Assembly: GCA_033764015.1 (NCBI GenBank)
Contig: JANRJK010000027.1
Location: forward strand, 1 to 27,257
Reading direction: 5' to 3'
DNA: 27,257 bases
DNA from: Candidatus Sumerlaeia bacterium
Lineage (GTDB): Bacteria > Sumerlaeota > Sumerlaeia > SLMS01 > JANRJK01
Made by a program: the position numbers and the translations under genes
Part shown: positions 24,082 to 27,257 of the stretch, piece by piece
How the letters are laid out: every line of letters starts with the position of its first letter
How positions within the stretch are numbered: the stretch's first letter is position 1
Notes under the pieces: model-generated
Seen by the model: only the letters and a program-made list of their open reading frames with translations
The model's database searches: none
Told to the model about the DNA's origin: nothing

Positions 24082-24637
24082 GGCCCCTCGCGAGCAGGCG
24101 GTCCAGGATGATGGAGACGGCGCTCCGGACCGACAGGTGGTTCCAGTCGCCCATGCCCTCGATCGGCTCCAGCACGTCGTCGAACTGCTCCATCAGCTCC
24201 GGATGGATGCCCCAGCCGGTGCCGAAGACGAGGCACGTCGAGTGGCGGTCGTGGCCCTTGATGTCCTTCCGGAGCGCGGCGTAGCCGATGCTCTTGGGCC
24301 AGCGCTGGGCGCTGGTGCCGACGAAGCGCACGCGGTTGCCCTCGACGCGCGAGATGTGGGCGCCGACCTCGTTCAGGTCGAGCGCGCCGCGCGCGAGCGA
24401 GAGCGCCTCCTTGCGGTTCGGGTTGTACTCGCCCCCCCAGCCCTCCTGCCAGTGGCCGACGACCGACTTGAGGAACGCCTGCTGCGCCGAATAGGGGTGC
24501 ACGTACCACACCGCGGCCAGGCCGTAGGTGAGCCCGGCCCGGCAGATGTCGTGAATGTCGAGGTTGGTGATCGACGTCGTGACCGTGCGGCCGTTCTTGT
24601 CGATCGTGGGGAAGTGAACGAGGGCGAGGTGGAGCAC
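24068..24637 (-). CDS. SPOUT-class SAM-dependent RNA methyltransferase (type usually found with or fused to TrmD)
   Basis: LALVHFP, TTSITNLDIHDICR, LVFGTGWG, WNHLSVRSAVSIILDRL. Confidence 0.88.
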   Translation of the reverse strand: MLHLALVHFPTIDKNGRTVTTSITNLDIHDICRAGLTYGLAAVWYVHPYSAQQAFLKSVVGHWQEGWGGEYNPNRKEALSLARGALDLNEVGAHISRVEGNRVRFVGTSAQRWPKSIGYAALRKDIKGHDRHSTCLVFGTGWGIHPELMEQFDDVLEPIEGMGDWNHLSVRSAVSIILDRLLARGLTPP

Positions 24638-24674
24638 GACGCGTGGTCCCGGAAGGGGGCTGGTGGGAATGGAA

Positions 24675-24701
24675 GCGGGCGGCCCGCGCAGGGCCGCCCG
24701 C
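24675..24701 (-). terminator. Hairpin downstream of the S8 protease
   Basis: Perfect 11-bp stem GCGGGCGGCCC-GCGCA-GGGCCGCCCGC; weak pyrimidine tail on the minus strand. Confidence 0.55.
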
Positions 24702-24725
24702 GTGCTGCCTTGGAGCGTTGGCGGG

Positions 24726-26897
24726 CTACTCGGCGCGCAGGTGCCCGTGCACCTTCATGGACCAGGAGTCCCAAGTGCCGACGTCGCCGCCGATGCGGTC
24801 GCCGATGTACATGCGCCACGTGCCGTTCGCGCGCTCGCCGAGGAAGCGCGCGGTGGTGAATGTGTAGTTGTCGTAGTTCGCGTTCGCGTCCTCGCGGCGG
24901 GGGCGGGCGATCTCCGACAGCGTGCCGGTCGGGCTCTGCACGACGATGTAGAAGTCGCCGCGGGTCGCGTGCGTGGCCTTCACCGTGAACTCGACCGCTT
25001 CGGTGATGAAGTCGCCGGACGCGTCGACGGAGAGCGAACGGATCACGCCGCGCGGGTCGCGGTCCGGTACGCGGACGCCGACGGTCTCCGACGCTTCGAG
25101 CGGCGTCGCCTCCGGCGGGAGGTTCGTCCAAGTGAGCGCCTTTTCGACCGCGGCATGCGCGTCCGGAAGGCCGAATCCGTATTCGCGGTTGTACCAGAAG
25201 CCAGCCGTGTTGCGGCGCCAACCCTTGTTGCGCCCGTCCACGCGGCGCGAGGTCTCGGCGAGGATCCACTTCACGTCGCGCCAACCGAGGTCGGGGTTCG
25301 CCTCGAGGATGAGGGCGCAAACGCCGGAGATCAGGGGGCAGGCGGACGACGTGCCGCCGAAGCCGGCCTCCGCGCTATTGTCGGTGTAGTTGCCGGCAAG
25401 ATAGCCGCGCTCGACGACCTCGCCCTCGAACAACACGGGGGTGAGATCCGTCGTCGCGATGCCAGCGACCGTGTTGAAGGGGCAGGAGAAGCCGTAGTTC
25501 GAGGGTGCGACCACCCACAGCGACTCGCCCGCCTGGCTGTAGTATGAGCGCGTGCCGTTCGCACCGAGGGCGCCGACGCTGATGCCGAACCTCGAGGCAT
25601 TGCGCCCCGCGGCATTCGTGTCGACCGCTTCGCAGGCGGAGTTGCCGGCGGCGTAGACGTAGACAATGCCGCGCCCGTTGCGGCCATTCGTGACGCCGGC
25701 GGTCATCGCGTCCCGGTCGAGGCTGGAGAGCCCGACAATGCGTCCAAGGAAGAAGATCGGACCCCAGGAATTGCTATTCACGTGGATCTGGTTCGCGGGA
25801 TTCGACTCCGTCGAGTTACGCGAGAGCATGAAGGCGACACCAGTATCGGTGACTGGGGAGTCGTCATAGATCGACAGGAAGCGCTGGCCCACGAGGCTAG
25901 CTTCAGGCGCGGCGCCGGTGACGCCGACGCCGTTGAACCCGCGCGCCGCGGCGACGCCGGCGCACGCCGTGCCGTGGCCGTCGTCAGTCGAGAACACACC
26001 GGGCGTCGGATCGTCGTCCTCGAAGTTCAGGTCGATGCTCAGGTCCGCGCGGACGTTCGGCGCGAGGTCCGGGTGGTCCTCCTGCAGGCCGTCGTCGTTG
26101 ATCGCGATGTTCACGGTTTGGCCACGGACGATGTCCCAGGCGGGCTCGGCGTTCACGTCGTGGCGGGCGCGTCCGAAGGGTACCTGGCCGGTGTTCTTGA
26201 GGTGGTACTGGAAGCGGTAGAGCGGGTCGTTCGGAACCGCGTTCTTCGCGCGCGGCTCGGCGAGCGAGGGCTCCGCGTACTCGACCAATTCCTTTGCCGT
26301 CTCTCCGAGCAGCACCGACGCCCGGATCGAGCCCAGCAGGTCGCCGCGCTCGACGGAGAACACCACGAGGCGGTCGGAAATCTCCGCGAGCTTCGCCGTC
26401 TCCGCCGCGTTGACCGTGGCGCCGGTGAGCTTCGCGACTTCCGCGGCATCGACGCCGGGGAGTAGCTTCACCACGAATTCGCGGGTCACGATGGTGGCGG
26501 CGCGCTCATCGTCGATGCGGGCGGAGGGATAGAGCAGCGCGCTCACCTCGACGTCGCCGCCGGCGCGCATCGCCGTGGCCTCTTCAAAGAGCCGGTCCGA
26601 GGACTCGACGCCATCGAGGTGCATCCGCGTGGCGAGCGGCGTCTCCGCGTCGAGGCCGAGCGCAGCCTTGTCGGCGAGCGAGCGGACGTGGAGTTCGTCG
26701 AGGGCGACGACCATGTCGACCCTCGCTCCGCCGCGGTAGAAATGGATCGGTTCGGCGGGGCGCTGCGGGAGCGCGGCGAGGGCGGCGGCCTTCGAGGGCG
26801 CGGCCTCCTGCGCGTGGACGGAAGCGCTCCAGGGCGCGACCGCGATCATACCCGCCACCGCGCCGCACACGGCGAGCGACAGTCTGCGATTCCTCAT
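24726..26897 (-). CDS. Secreted S8 serine peptidase with proprotein-convertase P domain (kexin/furin-like)
   Basis: GAGGAGAGG RBS; signal peptide ending VHA; prodomain; INDDG (Asp), HGTACAG (His), AAGN, GGTSSACP (Ser); C-terminal P domain (FLGERANGTWRM). Confidence 0.93.
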   Translation of the reverse strand: MRNRRLSLAVCGAVAGMIAVAPWSASVHAQEAAPSKAAALAALPQRPAEPIHFYRGGARVDMVVALDELHVRSLADKAALGLDAETPLATRMHLDGVESSDRLFEEATAMRAGGDVEVSALLYPSARIDDERAATIVTREFVVKLLPGVDAAEVAKLTGATVNAAETAKLAEISDRLVVFSVERGDLLGSIRASVLLGETAKELVEYAEPSLAEPRAKNAVPNDPLYRFQYHLKNTGQVPFGRARHDVNAEPAWDIVRGQTVNIAINDDGLQEDHPDLAPNVRADLSIDLNFEDDDPTPGVFSTDDGHGTACAGVAAARGFNGVGVTGAAPEASLVGQRFLSIYDDSPVTDTGVAFMLSRNSTESNPANQIHVNSNSWGPIFFLGRIVGLSSLDRDAMTAGVTNGRNGRGIVYVYAAGNSACEAVDTNAAGRNASRFGISVGALGANGTRSYYSQAGESLWVVAPSNYGFSCPFNTVAGIATTDLTPVLFEGEVVERGYLAGNYTDNSAEAGFGGTSSACPLISGVCALILEANPDLGWRDVKWILAETSRRVDGRNKGWRRNTAGFWYNREYGFGLPDAHAAVEKALTWTNLPPEATPLEASETVGVRVPDRDPRGVIRSLSVDASGDFITEAVEFTVKATHATRGDFYIVVQSPTGTLSEIARPRREDANANYDNYTFTTARFLGERANGTWRMYIGDRIGGDVGTWDSWSMKVHGHLRAE

Positions 26898-26998
26898 TTG
26901 GCCTCTCCTCGGCGGATTGTGAATCCGGATCGGAATGCGGAGATTATCGGAGCCCCGGCGCAGGCAACGCAACCGGAACGCATAGCCGCCGGTCCGCG

Positions 26999-27257
26999 TC
27001 AGCCCGCCTCGTAGCGCCTTCCCGGGAGCGCCCGCACCAGGCCGTCGAGTTCCATCATGAGGAGCGCCTCCGCCAGCGCGCCGGGCGCGACGCCGCGGGG
27101 GGCGAGGGCCGCCACAAGTTCGTCGTGGTGCATGGCGCCGCCGGCGAGGAGCGCCGCGCGGACGGCGTCCTCGGCGGGCGAGAGGGGGCGCCCGGGAGCG
27201 GTGGGGGCCGGCGGCGCCGGGCGGGGGCCGGACGCGGGCGCGGGGGCCGGCTTCGGG
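26999..27257 (-). CDS. dprA: DNA-processing protein DprA, C-terminal part (5' end outside the window)
   Basis: Manual translation: Pro-rich linker, then LSPAEDAVRAALLAGGAMHHDEL...LAEALLMMELDGLVRALPGRRYEAG-stop, matching the DprA winged-helix tail. Confidence 0.8.
   Translation of the reverse strand, partial: PKPAPAPASGPRPAPPAPTAPGRPLSPAEDAVRAALLAGGAMHHDELVAALAPRGVAPGALAEALLMMELDGLVRALPGRRYEAG

Noticed and set aside
18903..24687. 13-bp direct repeat GCGGGCGGCCCGC at 18903 and 24675 as att-like ends
   Set aside because: Pure G/C sequence inside hairpins, flanking housekeeping genes, with no integrase.
1..27257. CRISPR arrays, tRNA, rRNA, integrase or phage genes
   Set aside because: No regularly spaced repeats, RNA-gene patterns or such protein motifs were seen.

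Overview
GC-rich bacterial window in two parts. About 140-18,830 is an accessory-looking block: a probable IS end, a frameshifted membrane-protein gene, a DevBCA-like ABC exporter (permease, ATPase, HlyD adaptor, no TolC) and an orphan secretin, all on the minus strand except the IS end. Facing away from these is an operon: YcaC-like hydrolase x2, YtcJ-type amidohydrolase, DoxX, XapX, MFS, pirin. It is followed by a NarL-family response regulator, an NAD(P)H-binding reductase, a soluble ~1,400-aa histidine kinase with six GAF domains, and a third YcaC-like hydrolase. About 18,950-27,257 looks like core genome: pdxA, MBL-fold hydrolase, RdgC-like, sugar-phosphate nucleotidyltransferase, mgtE, SPOUT methyltransferase, a kexin-like S8 protease and the 3' end of dprA. 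The main observation is an 11-bp motif, CTTTNGGRTGA (part of an imperfect TCAYCC-N4-GGRTGA palindrome), seen in four intergenic regions: upstream of the ABC permease, the ycaC operon, the response regulator and the third ycaC. It suggests one regulon under the six-GAF kinase/NarL pair. GAF1-4 of that kinase carry a periodic conserved His motif. All calls come from reading the sequence by eye; no searches were run.
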